A model generated the notes under the pieces. It was given only the letters and a program-made list of their open reading frames with translations. It was not told the origin of the DNA and made no database searches. From NCBI GenBank assembly GCA_000165345.1, contig CM000431.1, positions 64,001 to 128,000 of the forward strand: a stretch of 64,000 bases of DNA, in the 5' to 3' direction. Positions 1-11,400 of this stretch are shown piece by piece. How positions within the stretch are numbered: position 1 is the first letter of the stretch; every line of letters begins with the position of its first letter. The position numbers and the translations under genes are program-made.

Positions 1-2369
1 GAATTCTGAATTAATTTTGTCAAAGTATGTGGCAGACCTTGGAGGGGTTGGAGGTCTTTCGGAAAGAATGTTTTGGTCCCAATAATTACTATTGTTAAGA
101 ATCATTCTTGGGTCCTTTGAAGCTGAAGGGAGCAAGATCTTTGGGACAACTGTTAAGTCTCTCTTAATAAATAGTAGAGCTCCCGCATTTTGATGCTTTC
201 CACAATAATCAGTGGCAGAAAACAAAGTGATAAGCTTGCCACCAGCAAATCTCTCAAATCCGTCTTGTACACATTCGTGGGCTCTAATAATTAGATCCAG
301 GTTATTTTCACATAGGAACTGGATAACTCTATCAGGACCGAACTTAACGATAAAACCACATCCATCAGGATCTCTGGTGTCATTAGGAACAATTCCCTCG
401 AGTGAGTCATTATCAGTAGGATCAGACCATAAGAGATCAAGTATTCTCTGTTCATACTCAGTTTGTGGAGTTTGGGAAGGTCTTAATGGACGTTGAATTT
501 CTTTAATTTGTTCGACTTTATGAATAGAGCCTCCAATTCCACCATGAATACATAATATTCTATCTTCAATAATAGCTCCAACAGGAAGATACTCAAAAAC
601 ACGGTTAAACCAATTCCAACATGAATCAGGATCATCAGTATCTTCCCTCAACCTTCTCCTACATTCATCTTTAAAGCCATAAAGTGAATTAACAACAGGA
701 TCTTCATGATTACCTCTAATTAAATGGATTTGTCTTGGGTATCGAATTTTCAATGCAAAAAGCAAACAAATAGTTTCCAAGCTATGACTACCTCTGTCTA
801 CATAATCCCCCAAAAACAAGTAATCAGTGGAATCAATATCTCCTTTTGCTTCAAAAATATCTTCCAACTCTTCACTGATGGGAGCTTTATAATTATGAAA
901 GAGTCTCATTAGGTCATAATACTGCCCATGTATATCTCCATAAACTTTAACAGGCGTTCTGAGTTTAAGGACCATATCCTCTTGTTTTACAATACTGAAG
1001 GCCATTTCACAAAGTTGTATGACTTCTGGCCAAGTAAGTGAGAATGCTGCCATATGATTAAATCTAGCGGAAAGTTCAACAGGGGTAATAGTTGGATGAA
1101 GAAATAACTTTAAGCATTTTTCTATTAATCCAGTACCTGGCACTCCCATTGAACTTGGAGTTAACATCCAAGGAGAATCTGCAAGTGCGTGCTTTGCTGC
1201 AACTTTGTCAATTTTCCTTCCTTCCTCTCCAAGTTGGTCAATCGAAACCTTCTGGACAAGCGTAGAAAAGTCATTGTTCATAGAGTCAACAGTAATATGA
1301 ACTCTAGAGCTGACTTTGGTCACAGCAGGAGTTAATCCAATTAATCCCGCAGTAGTCTTATATTCCATTTTGGGTATGTATCTCTTTGAGTCATTTTGCA
1401 GCTGAATATTCGCCCTAGCTATTGCTCTCTCAACATCGGTGAATGGAATATCATTTGATTTAGGGGAGTTATACTCCTGTACATTATTTTGCTCATTAGT
1501 GGTTGAAGAGCCGAGGTCTTCATTGGTTAGATCGCTTCTCGTTTTGTTGGGATCACCAGTTCCAAAAACTAATTGATCCTTTGGCTGAACTCCAATAGTG
1601 TTATATGGAACTCCAATAAGGCTCTTTCGTCTAATTGACCTTTCCTTTTCATTATAGAAGTTTGGCTCTGCAGAACAATCCATAGAAAGTAAATCAACAG
1701 TAGGATGAGTTTGGGTCTTGTGGTCAAATCCTGCAAAACTGAACAAAGTTGATTTTATTGCCCATGCCGAATGCCTAAACCTTTCAATACCAGGCAAATC
1801 TCTCCACTCACAATTTTCAGTGTCATAAAGCATACTTGGCAACACCTTTGAAACATCATCTCCTCTTCCTCCTAATGCTAACATTTTAGATCCAACAAAT
1901 AAAACAACGTGCTGAAATCTTTGGGCAGGAGGCCCTCCCTTTCTGCATGGGGCTTCTATCCAGTCCCATCTTCCATCTCTATGTTGCCTAAGACCCCATG
2001 TATCTCTTAAGCATCGTGAATCGCTTGCTCTCCCTCCATGTACAACTGTCATCCCCGCTGCTGGCCCCTCCGTACACAATGCAGCACTATGGTATACTCT
2101 TGGAAATGGCACTCTCTCATCTCTATCAAACAATACTTGCGTCCACACAAACGGGCTTTCTTCAACATTCATAAACCACACATCATTCAAAGTTCTCTGT
2201 CCATCATTTCCCCCAAATACTATCAAATTAGGTTTGCTGTAGACCATTATATGTCCATATCTTCTCCCAGGAGTCCTTCCTCCACATATTGGCACACTCA
2301 TCCAACCGTAGTGGGGATCCTTTCTTAGGTCCAGTAAATACAATTCGTCGCTGCTCAAGCTTCCACCGC
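1..2369 (-). CDS. PPKL: PPKL-type kelch-domain Ser/Thr protein phosphatase, exon 3 of 3. The 3' end is partial because the frame is open to position 1. Gene model: complement(join(<1..2369,2424..2612,3025..3106)).
   Basis: Hand translation of the minus frame (codons on + triplets starting at positions 1 mod 3) is open from 346 to 2379 and again from 1 to 300. It encodes kelch repeats (RYGHIMVY, PRVYHSAAL, RFQHVVLFVG, RHSAWAIKS) followed by PPP catalytic motifs (GDIHGQ, GDYVDRG, GNHE, HGG, LLWSDP, RAHECVQDGFERF). A +1/-1 frameshift pair lies at about 300-362. This ORF is absent from the supplied ORF track, but I checked it triplet by triplet. Confidence 0.8.
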
Positions 2370-2423
2370 CTATTGGATTTTAATTAAGTTTAAAAGAAAA
2401 GAAATCTTTGAGTTCAGACTTAC
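2370..2423 (-). other. PPKL intron 2 (54 nt, GTAAGTCT...AATAG).
   Basis: It contains an in-frame TAA (tta at 2380-2382 on +). Removing it restores GGATG|GGGSLSSDELY kelch continuity. Confidence 0.7.
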
Positions 2424-2612
2424 CTGTAGCGCCTCCATATATAACAAGTTGCATTAAGTCTACACATGCTGACGCATGAGCTGCTCTTGCACTAGGGGGA
2501 TTATCTGCTGTAATCTTCTTCCATTGGAATCCTGCCGAAAAGTCCAGTATATATGTATCTGCTGTAATTGTATATCTTCCATTATCACCAATAGCTCCTC
2601 CAAACAACACAA
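2424..2612 (-). CDS. PPKL: PPKL exon 2 (189 nt, phase 1 at both ends). It encodes ..VLFGGAIGDNGRYTITADTYILDFSAGFQWKKITADNPPSARAAHASACVDLMQLVIYGGATG.
   Basis: The upstream intron ends at the acceptor tatacgTAG| with a preceding in-frame TAA. The downstream donor is cag|GTAAGTCT. Joining the three exons gives continuous kelch repeats. Confidence 0.7.
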
Positions 2613-3024
2613 CTACGTATAGTTAAACATATTTGTAACTTATTTTTCCTTTTTTTTCCCAAAATCAACGCCCACTCTACATCTTTCTTACAGGTTTATT
2701 CACATGCAAATAATTTTTATTTTTTGTCCACATGAAATTGCAAAATTTTGGCAATAACAATAAAAATTAAATACCGGCATTTACATGCAATTTTGCGTAG
2801 TGTCAAATTATTAACGAAGGTTAAAGTCAGGTTGGGGGGCTGTTGTGATGATAGCGGCGTAGAAGCGAATGTGGCAAGCATGACGAACAATAGTGAAACA
2901 CAGTAGTCTTCATAATTTCTGAATTTAGTTCGTTCATAATATCAAATCTTTTTGGGTAAAACCATATAAATAAAACATGTAGAGGAGGCGAAGTATTTTG
3001 GTACAATTTTAGGATTAGACTTAC
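2613..3024 (-). other. PPKL intron 1 (412 nt, GT..AG).
   Basis: GTAAGT donor on the minus strand at 3019-3024. Acceptor TAG at 2613-2615. The phase is consistent with the flanking exons. Confidence 0.6.
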
Positions 3025-3106
3025 CTTTAGAATTACCAACAAAAGTGGTTGAATGACCAAACCTTGCTGTGGGGATATCCCCAAACATTTGTTCTTTTTG
3101 AGCCAT
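3025..3106 (-). CDS. PPKL: PPKL exon 1 (82 nt): MAQKEQMFGDIPTARFGHSTTFVGNSK plus 1 nt.
   Basis: ATG is the reverse complement of cat at 3104-3106, in an aaaATGg context. The exon is followed by the donor aaag|GTAAGTCT, the same donor nonamer as intron 2. It encodes the first kelch motif (ARFGHS). Confidence 0.65.
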
Positions 3107-3741
3107 TTTAAAAATTAATTACGGTCAACTGAGACCTTTTCAAATTAAATTTCATCCAATAATTCAACGAATAAATTTCAGTCTAATGCTTTCGATTTTG
3201 AAACTTCATAATTATAGAAATTGATCTAGTATTTTGATTTTTTAGCCACACACAGTTAAGAAACACCCAGTTAGGAGTGGCAATGCCAATAAAAGATGAG
3301 CAAATGAGAGTAAAGCAAGGGCAAAATGATGCCTTCCAATATATTAACGAATAAAGCCCGGATTCTCAATATACTTCATCAACTTATTAATTTTTTTTTT
3401 AAATAATTAGCATAAAATATATTTTAAATAATAACACGTGTTGGCGCCTCTTTTATTATAGTATTTACGCAAAAAAATATTAGAGATTTCAAGATCATAA
3501 AAAAATAAATGAAAATTATTAACAAATTCCATAATAGGGTAATGCTTGTTTAAAATAATACTTGTTTTTCATATTTGAAACCTTCTAATAGATTTATTAA
3601 GTCCCATTAGGCTTTCTCTGATAATTTTAAGTGTCTAGTTAATCATCGTAAAAATACAAACATGACTTTTTCACAAAAAATGATTGAGAAATTAAAAAAA
3701 AATTAGCTTATACGAAAAATAAATCTAAAACCTTAGACTGG

Positions 3742-6700
3742 CTAATTACGTAGAAAATCATAAAAATCACAAAAATCTAAATAGTTTTTACCTGGTTTGC
3801 AGCATTCATTTAGAAAGATCTCGGTCCAGTGTATGTGAGCACAGTATTGGACAGAGTTGCTTTGATCAACTCCCAAGAAACGCTCATCTCTTTGCTGATC
3901 ATATGATTGAGAGTTCCCCAACTTGAGGTATTGTTCATATTGTTGGGGCGAAATAGTTTCTGAGCATAGAATGATGTCATCTTCCCATCCGAAAGAAGCA
4001 AGTATGTCTTGAACAGAGACCTTTCCATCTGAATCTTTATCAAAATTCCTGAAAACTGTTTTTAATGCGCTAGTATTATTTAGATACATTTCAGGCTCCA
4101 TTGAAGCAGCAATAAACTCAGAATATTCCCAGGATCCACTTTGATCTTGGTCTATGATACCAAAAATACCTTCTATTCTATTACAAAGCTCATTAAGTTT
4201 GATGATGTCGTCAATATTGAAGCTGCATAGAAACTTTAAAAGCTGGTCTTTATTGAACGTGCTTTGATTTGAAAGTGATTTCAAGTAGTCATCGATGGAC
4301 ATAGATTTGCGGTTTCCAATTTGATTGGAATGATTGAAAGCTCCTTTTTCTGGGCTTTCAATTGCAGAGCTTCGAAATCCTTCATCATAGATCTCATCAA
4401 AGTGGTCCTCTTCAATTTCACTGGCATTATCTATGTAATCTTCAAAACTAGGTTGATTGTTTGGGGAATTTGAAAGAGGAGGAAGAGAAGATGAACGAGA
4501 AGATGCAGATTGGAAGTTATCATTTGAAGTTTGTTTAGGGTGGCATTGCTTGTTCTTGTAATTGCTAGATGAAATCCTTTCAACGTGGAATATAAAACAA
4601 AGAACACATTGTAGTTCAGCAAGAGAAACTACACCATCTGCTGCAACATCAAACCTGTTGAATTGATCTCTGAGTTGATTAAATTCGCAGTTTTCTCCTA
4701 TTCGAAGAGCAATTGAAACTAAAATGACTCTTTTCAGAAGAGTATAGTTACAAAACCGTTCCCAAGATGATATCAGTTTAAGGAGAGGCTTGTAAGCGTT
4801 ACATGTCTTATTATAAATAACGCAGTGGAATAATTGTTCTTTATCGCATACTTTTGAGACGATATTTGGAATTGTAACGTTATTTATGACTGATATACGT
4901 TGACCATTTGCATTCTCGTCTGAATTCTCAAGATATTCATCTATATTTCCTTGTTTTAGATTATTATTTGTTAGTAAATTAGAAAAAGAAAGTGAGGACC
5001 TTGAAATACTGTATGACGTAGTGAATGTAGATGAAGAAGATGAAGAAGACGATATTGAATTGGGTATCGAAATTCCGGAGTAGCTTTTTGACCCATCACA
5101 ACTTCCATGATCTATTGAATTAATAGTAACGTTGCCTTGACAAATGTGATTAAGAACTATAGGGTTCCCACAATGGCAGCCAAAGTGAAATCTTGTATCT
5201 CCAGGAGGAGATAAAATGGAATCTTCTTGGTTTAATAAAGCATTGATAGTTGCTTTGGTTCGAGGAGTAGCTATTTGCTGATCTGTAATTTGAACTAAGC
5301 CAGGGTTATATATAGAACTATTTGGAATACTGGCAAGACTTGGATTAGCGTCTGTATTTGGATAAGCATTGTTCATTGAATAGAGAAGTGGAGTACTACA
5401 GGATCTTTTCAGCATTGAATTTCTATTCACGTTTCTAATTTGACTTCCAGTTGATAAACCATGAGATTCTAAGAACCCTATCATAGATCCTGCTACAGAT
5501 CCTTGCCCTGAGCTAGAGTCTAACCTTGGCGGAGCATTTACTATTTGTGTTTTGAAGAAACCTCCGGTTTCTGGAGAACTGGTAACAACTGGTGTATTAT
5601 CATCAGATCCTGATAAATTATTAAGATCTTCTTCAGAAAGAATATCATTTATTCGTTCTCGATTGGAATATAAACTTGGGGAAGAAATGCTGGATTTGAT
5701 CTTAAGACTACTAATGCCAGATGAAGCTCTGGACTTAGTAACCCTCATTCTCTGTTGATGCCATGGCCAAACAACAATCTTGTTAATCATTCCAATACCA
5801 CAAAGAGGAATGTTCGGCGTGTCCCAAGATCTAAGCCAAGGATGTTGTAATGCTTGGAATGCAGAAATCCTTTCTGATGGGTTCTTATTCAATAATTGAA
5901 GAAGAAAATCTTTGGCTTGAGTGGAGACTTGGCTCCAAATAGATTCTGAAAACGATACACTTCCTCTTCGAACTTTCTCAATGATTTCAGTATCAGTGTT
6001 TCCTGCAAATGGAGGCACTCCACATAATAGAATATGAGCCATTACACCAATTGACCAAATGTCACACTTATCATCATATCCTTTACCTAATAAAATTTCT
6101 GGAGCAATATAATATAATGTACCGACTCTGGTTCTAAGAGTTCCAGTTCTGGTAATTCTTTTTGCCAATCCAAAATCTATAAGTTTAAGAGGACTATTCA
6201 ACTCAAAACAATTACAGTTACATTCACACTCCTTCTCTTGATGGGAAGGTATTGGATATTTAATAGAAGAAGAATTGGAATTTGAAATAGAGTTAGATAC
6301 AGAACCCTTTTTCAAGTACATATTAGCAATAAAGTTTGGACTTCCAAATGGCTCAGAGTTAGGAATAGGTATATCTGTATGACTGAGTTCTCCATTGTTA
6401 GTTTCTTGATCATAACTTTCGTGCCTTTCTCCCACTTCTTTATCACGGTTTTTCTTACAAATCTCTGAATTTGAAGCAGAGAACAAGTGATTGGAAGTAA
6501 TATCACAAATGCCGTTATTGTTACTAGGAGTTATTGTGTTATCGTTGATATTATAGATTAGGGATTGGAGTTGTTGGTTGTTCATACTAGATGGTAAAGA
6601 TCTACAAATCCTAAATCTGTCTTGTTTCAAGTATTTGGATAGAGCAGCCTCTTCATCTTGGAATAACTGGCTACTTTTCTGTTCAAAAAGGCAGTGCTTG

Positions 6701-7284
6701 CAGTTAATATTGGACTTTGAGTGCAGAAACAAGAAGTTCTCAGGTTTAAGGTCTCTATGAACAATTCCCTTAGAGTGACAATAAGAAATTGCTGACAACA
6801 TTTGCTTAATTAAGTGGGCAGTTACTCTTTCTGAAAACCTTCCAACATGAGAAAGACGATCAAATAGCTCTCCTCCAGTGCAAAGCTCCATAATTAAGTA
6901 AATAGAGTTATAATCTTCAAAAGATTCGAATAACTTTGCGATATTTGGGTGATCTAAAATACTCAAAAGCTGCATTTCCTGTCTAAACCGGAAGATTTCA
7001 CCAGAAAATTGCTTCGGAATCTTCTTTGCTGCTCTGAGTATTCCTGAGCATCGCTCTTCCACAATATAAACTGCTCCCCAGCTCCCCTCTCCTACTTTCT
7101 CTCCCAGTTTATAATGGTTTTGAATTGGAAGGTAGCTGGTCCCCACAAATGAGTCTCTCTTAATTGGAGGTTTTGGTGTTTGGTTTGAGAGTCCAAATAC
7201 TGATGAATCTCTACTCAGCTTGCTTTCTGATGTTTCAACTTCTATATTATTTTTCGATTCCTCTCCATCCTTAATGCTCTGCAT
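3742..7284 (-). CDS. Atypical calcium-dependent (CDPK-like) Ser/Thr protein kinase, 1180 aa.
   Basis: Kinase motifs: GEGSWGAV (glycine loop), AAKKI, HRDLKPEN, DFG (LIDFGLA), YYIAPE, DIWSIGV. A roughly 185-aa Asn/Ser-rich insertion sits between the catalytic loop and DFG. C-terminal EF-hand loops are present: DKDSDGKVSVQD, DQDQSGSWEYSE, and a degenerate DVAADGVVSLAE. Confidence 0.85.
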   Translation of the reverse strand: MQSIKDGEESKNNIEVETSESKLSRDSSVFGLSNQTPKPPIKRDSFVGTSYLPIQNHYKLGEKVGEGSWGAVYIVEERCSGILRAAKKIPKQFSGEIFRFRQEMQLLSILDHPNIAKLFESFEDYNSIYLIMELCTGGELFDRLSHVGRFSERVTAHLIKQMLSAISYCHSKGIVHRDLKPENFLFLHSKSNINCKHCLFEQKSSQLFQDEEAALSKYLKQDRFRICRSLPSSMNNQQLQSLIYNINDNTITPSNNNGICDITSNHLFSASNSEICKKNRDKEVGERHESYDQETNNGELSHTDIPIPNSEPFGSPNFIANMYLKKGSVSNSISNSNSSSIKYPIPSHQEKECECNCNCFELNSPLKLIDFGLAKRITRTGTLRTRVGTLYYIAPEILLGKGYDDKCDIWSIGVMAHILLCGVPPFAGNTDTEIIEKVRRGSVSFSESIWSQVSTQAKDFLLQLLNKNPSERISAFQALQHPWLRSWDTPNIPLCGIGMINKIVVWPWHQQRMRVTKSRASSGISSLKIKSSISSPSLYSNRERINDILSEEDLNNLSGSDDNTPVVTSSPETGGFFKTQIVNAPPRLDSSSGQGSVAGSMIGFLESHGLSTGSQIRNVNRNSMLKRSCSTPLLYSMNNAYPNTDANPSLASIPNSSIYNPGLVQITDQQIATPRTKATINALLNQEDSILSPPGDTRFHFGCHCGNPIVLNHICQGNVTINSIDHGSCDGSKSYSGISIPNSISSSSSSSSTFTTSYSISRSSLSFSNLLTNNNLKQGNIDEYLENSDENANGQRISVINNVTIPNIVSKVCDKEQLFHCVIYNKTCNAYKPLLKLISSWERFCNYTLLKRVILVSIALRIGENCEFNQLRDQFNRFDVAADGVVSLAELQCVLCFIFHVERISSSNYKNKQCHPKQTSNDNFQSASSRSSSLPPLSNSPNNQPSFEDYIDNASEIEEDHFDEIYDEGFRSSAIESPEKGAFNHSNQIGNRKSMSIDDYLKSLSNQSTFNKDQLLKFLCSFNIDDIIKLNELCNRIEGIFGIIDQDQSGSWEYSEFIAASMEPEMYLNNTSALKTVFRNFDKDSDGKVSVQDILASFGWEDDIILCSETISPQQYEQYLKLGNSQSYDQQRDERFLGVDQSNSVQYCAHIHWTEIFLNECCKPGKNYLDFCDFYDFLRN

Positions 7285-8410
7285 CTTTTCCTTCTTTTCT
7301 ACTTAAATACATGTTATTTCTCAAAAAAAATGCTTAACACACTGAGTTATTCCCCATAAGCATACTTTAGATAGCTTAATTTGGCAAAAAACTTTGTTTA
7401 CGATATCTATATTTCTAGTTGTATATTTTCTTTGAATTCATTTTCAATCGGTACCGCCTAGGCGCCAATGATAGAGAGATAAAAGGGGAGGCCCAATAAA
7501 ATTAAAGTAAATTATCAATAGTGGCTATTGCATGCGCGAATATATTTTTATTGGGAAGTAATATTTTTGCGAATTTTAATTATTGCATGCAATATGGAAA
7601 TATGTTTATTTTCATGAACAGTTCTAGATAGGGGTTAGATTTTCTAACTGAATATTTGCGGTAGACTCATTTTCAATAAAAACAGATAAAAGTAGTCAAA
7701 CAATTCATTGTTTGGATACTATCTAGGCTAATTTGGTGCTAATATTCACAAAGGTTTTAATATAATATACATCCTTTCCCCCCCCTTTTAAAGCCATGCA
7801 AAAAAAAAGAAAATAAATTAGGCGCGCCAAGACACGTAATAATGTGTGTAATTGTGTGTTTAGATAATTAATATAAATGTAAATGTCAAGAAGACAAGAG
7901 GAAAAAAAAACCAGCGGAGTTTTGTAGAGGTCAGGGAAATTGGATTTTTTTGTTAAGCAAGAAATAATTAAAATAATTGGAAAAAGGTTCGAGGAAGCCA
8001 GGGAATTGCTCATTTAATATATATTTGGTAGAAAGAAATATCTAATGATTTGATATTAAAGTGGAAGAAACTAAAATTTGCCAGTGGGTATTAAATCTTA
8101 ATGAGGAGTTCTCCTTCCTCCTCTAAAACAAAGCAATTTTAACAATAGCATGCTTACGTTAATTTTGGAGTGGTTGAATAAGACTTCCAAAAAGTGAGGA
8201 TCAGACAAATCAACAAGAAATAGGATATTATTAGTAGAAAAAAGAGAATTTGATTTGTAGTATTGATTTACAAAACCATAAATACTACAAATATACCAAT
8301 ATTTAGTAAATATCAAAGATTCAAAAACAAGCCGTATATGAAGATTTATAATCCTGAAATAAACTACTAAATAACAAGTTAAAAACGATAAATAAGTTAA
8401 TAGAAGAAAT

Positions 8411-11400
8411 ATGGGAACAAAATTAGTGAGTAATATTAAGAATTTCATTATATCTGGAAGAAATCAGAATGGTATTAAAGGGTTGGTTAAAGGTTCTTAT
8501 CCTAATGGATATAGGAATTTTGGTCCAGATCTAGACAGGATGATGCTACCACTAAACAAGAAATATGTAGACGAGAGTAAATTAGTGGATAGTATTAATG
8601 AAGAAATAAATAGTATTGGGGGTTGTAGTACAAGTGGAGGAGGAAAGGATAATTATTACCTTTCAGTATTGAAATGTCTGGTGGAATTTATACAATGGGA
8701 TATTAAAAAGGAAAGAGAGAATTACGCAAAGTATGGTATGTTTTTATTTTTGAAATTATTGGAAGGCTACAAAGATCATTGGGTTGATTCTATAAGGCTT
8801 ACAGCGTTTATTAGGAATCAGTCAGAGGCGTGGCTATCAAAGGACAGCGGCGCATTACAGTATTACGGAAAGTGGATAATATTAGGAAATATGAAGAGAA
8901 GTTTGGAAAAGAATAGTCATTTGTATTATAAAGAGTTCGAAGGTTTGAGTAATGATGGTGCCCATATAGTTTCTACAAATCCTAATATTGGACAAAAGTA
9001 TCCAGGATTATCTGCCAATTCTTTACCTATTAAAATGTGTACATTAAGCAATAAGTTGGTTGAAATGTTATGTAAATGCGTTATCAATATAAATAACAGA
9101 CTGGAAAGTAAGAATGGAAAAGAAAAATTAAAAGGATGCAAAAATAGTATAATTACTGAAGAACAAAGTTTAAAAGCAAATGAAGTCAGTAATAAGGATT
9201 TGATAGAAGTTACATTAATACTCGAGATTATATTGCTTGGATTCTTAATGGAAGGTGAAATATTTGGGGAGAAATCTGATGCTTTAATTTCTGAATTTGT
9301 AATACCATCTTTAGCATCTATAATAGATTCAAAGCTTATATTAAGTTATTGTCTATCCTTTCACAATGTAAAATATTATTTGAATGAAAATGGTCCAGGA
9401 AGGTCATTATATAATACGATGGAAATATTCAGAGAAGATAGTAATTTATTCTTTCAAGGAGATAAAGCAACTATAAATGAATTGATTGAGAGTTTATATA
9501 TGAGATTTTTATATTTAATTGAAACTTTGAGTATAATTTTTTTAAAAGAATTTCAAGAAGAAAAAGCAATGCAACAAAGATGTTCTGAAACAATATCTGG
9601 AAAAGTAACATCAGAAATTGAGGATGATTCAGTATCTCAGAGCACTTCATTAAATAATTTTAATAATAATATTAGCAATAATGAGTTGGGTTTAATTCAA
9701 AGATTTAAAGTACAGGATAGAATTAATATATTGCCATTAAAATTCAAGAGCCTAAATGATAAGTTATATTCATTATGTTATTATCCATACATATTAACAT
9801 CTGATATTTGCTTAAGTATATGTAGAGGAAATTCTGATTATACAGTGGAACTAATAACATTATTAACTTGCGCTTTAAGATATCATACAATAAATACAGG
9901 TTATTCAGAAGATTTTCAAAGATTATTTCAGAATACTGATCCATTATTTATAATAGATGAGTTAATGGTTTCAATTTCAGGAGGTAATGATGAGATTCCA
10001 AGATCAATATTGTATTACGAAACACCACAATATTGTTATAGTTTGTTACGTTGTTTACATAGGGTATTATGTTGTTGCCCAAGAATTGTTGGTATTTCAA
10101 GATTAGTTTCAACTTTGATTAATTTGATTGATGTAATATTACCACTTTATGACTTAAATGGTACATTATGTTCAAGATCAAAGAATTTTGATGGCCAGAT
10201 AAGTAATATAGGGAATAATAGGGGAGGTATGGCAGGAGGTGATATAGGCAAATGTGCATTATTAATGAGAAATGTGGCATTTCAGGTAGTGTTTGATATA
10301 ATGTGTATATTAAGTGATACATCTCAAGTATTCTATGTTATTAGAGTACTAGTTAAAGTTCGAGATTGGTGTGGATCATGCTTATTAGATTTAATAAGAA
10401 GGTGCCAAAGACTTGCATCACAAAGTAGTGAGATGGGGAATTTAAATAAAAGAAGTTTAAGTACCTATAATAGCCAATTAAAGAGCAATAATGTTGGTGG
10501 AGTAAATGGCTTGACAACAGCAGTAAATCAAAAGTATGATAAGTTGGATTTAAGGACAAGGGTTGGTGCAACAGGATTATTACAAACTTCAAATAAAAAG
10601 ATTAGTGAATTAGGTAATATTAATAATACTTCAGAAGGTTCAAAGCTAGTACAGAATTCAAGCTTGGTTGGAGGAATTAGTGGTAGTGTTGCATCATATA
10701 ATTCAGGAATTGATTTATCTTCTTATCTTAATATAGGAGGATTAAGAGAGTTTGATTTGGAAATAGTGAACCCATCGTTTTGGAGTGCATCAAAAATATT
10801 GGAGATTGCAGGTATAAATAGAAAATGGATAACAGGCCAAATTGGTAATTCAGGTAACAATTATATAAGTATGAATTTCACTGGTGGAGGGGCTGGTGGA
10901 GGTGGAATGATTAATGGTTTAAATGGAAATAATAGCAATAATATGTCAATAAGTAGTGGAATATCTTCTGGATTATCTAGTGATATAATAGTATCGTCAA
11001 AAACTACTCAGGTAATTTTCAACAGAAGCGAAAATATGGGAAGCAATAATAGTGGGAATTCTGGATTAGGAGGTGCATTGAGAACTGATGTAATAGGAGG
11101 ATCAACAAAATCTATTCCTTCCACTAACACTAATATTATTACTGCTACGACCAATGCTACTACTACTACTACTTCTGCTACTAATGCTGCTACTGTTGTC
11201 ACATCTTCTACAACAACTTCTTCACCTTCAGCAATAACAATAGGTGCAGGGAATATATCATCATCAGGTTCATCTAATTATGGAAGTATTTCATCACCAA
11301 AAGCAGTAGTTCTTCCTTCATCAAATTATTGTTATGATTACAGTAGTGAAGATGAGGAGAATGAAGATTATGATTTTGATGATATAGACACTAGTAGTGA

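Noticed and set aside
1-6. GAATTC at the window start.
   Set aside because: Probably a cloning (EcoRI) boundary of the source clone, not a biological feature.
212-2328. Plus-strand ORFs 212..496, 724..912 and 2038..2328 from the track.
   Set aside because: They lie antisense to the hand-verified PPKL coding frame. They have no recognisable motifs and are explained as chance open frames opposite a real gene.
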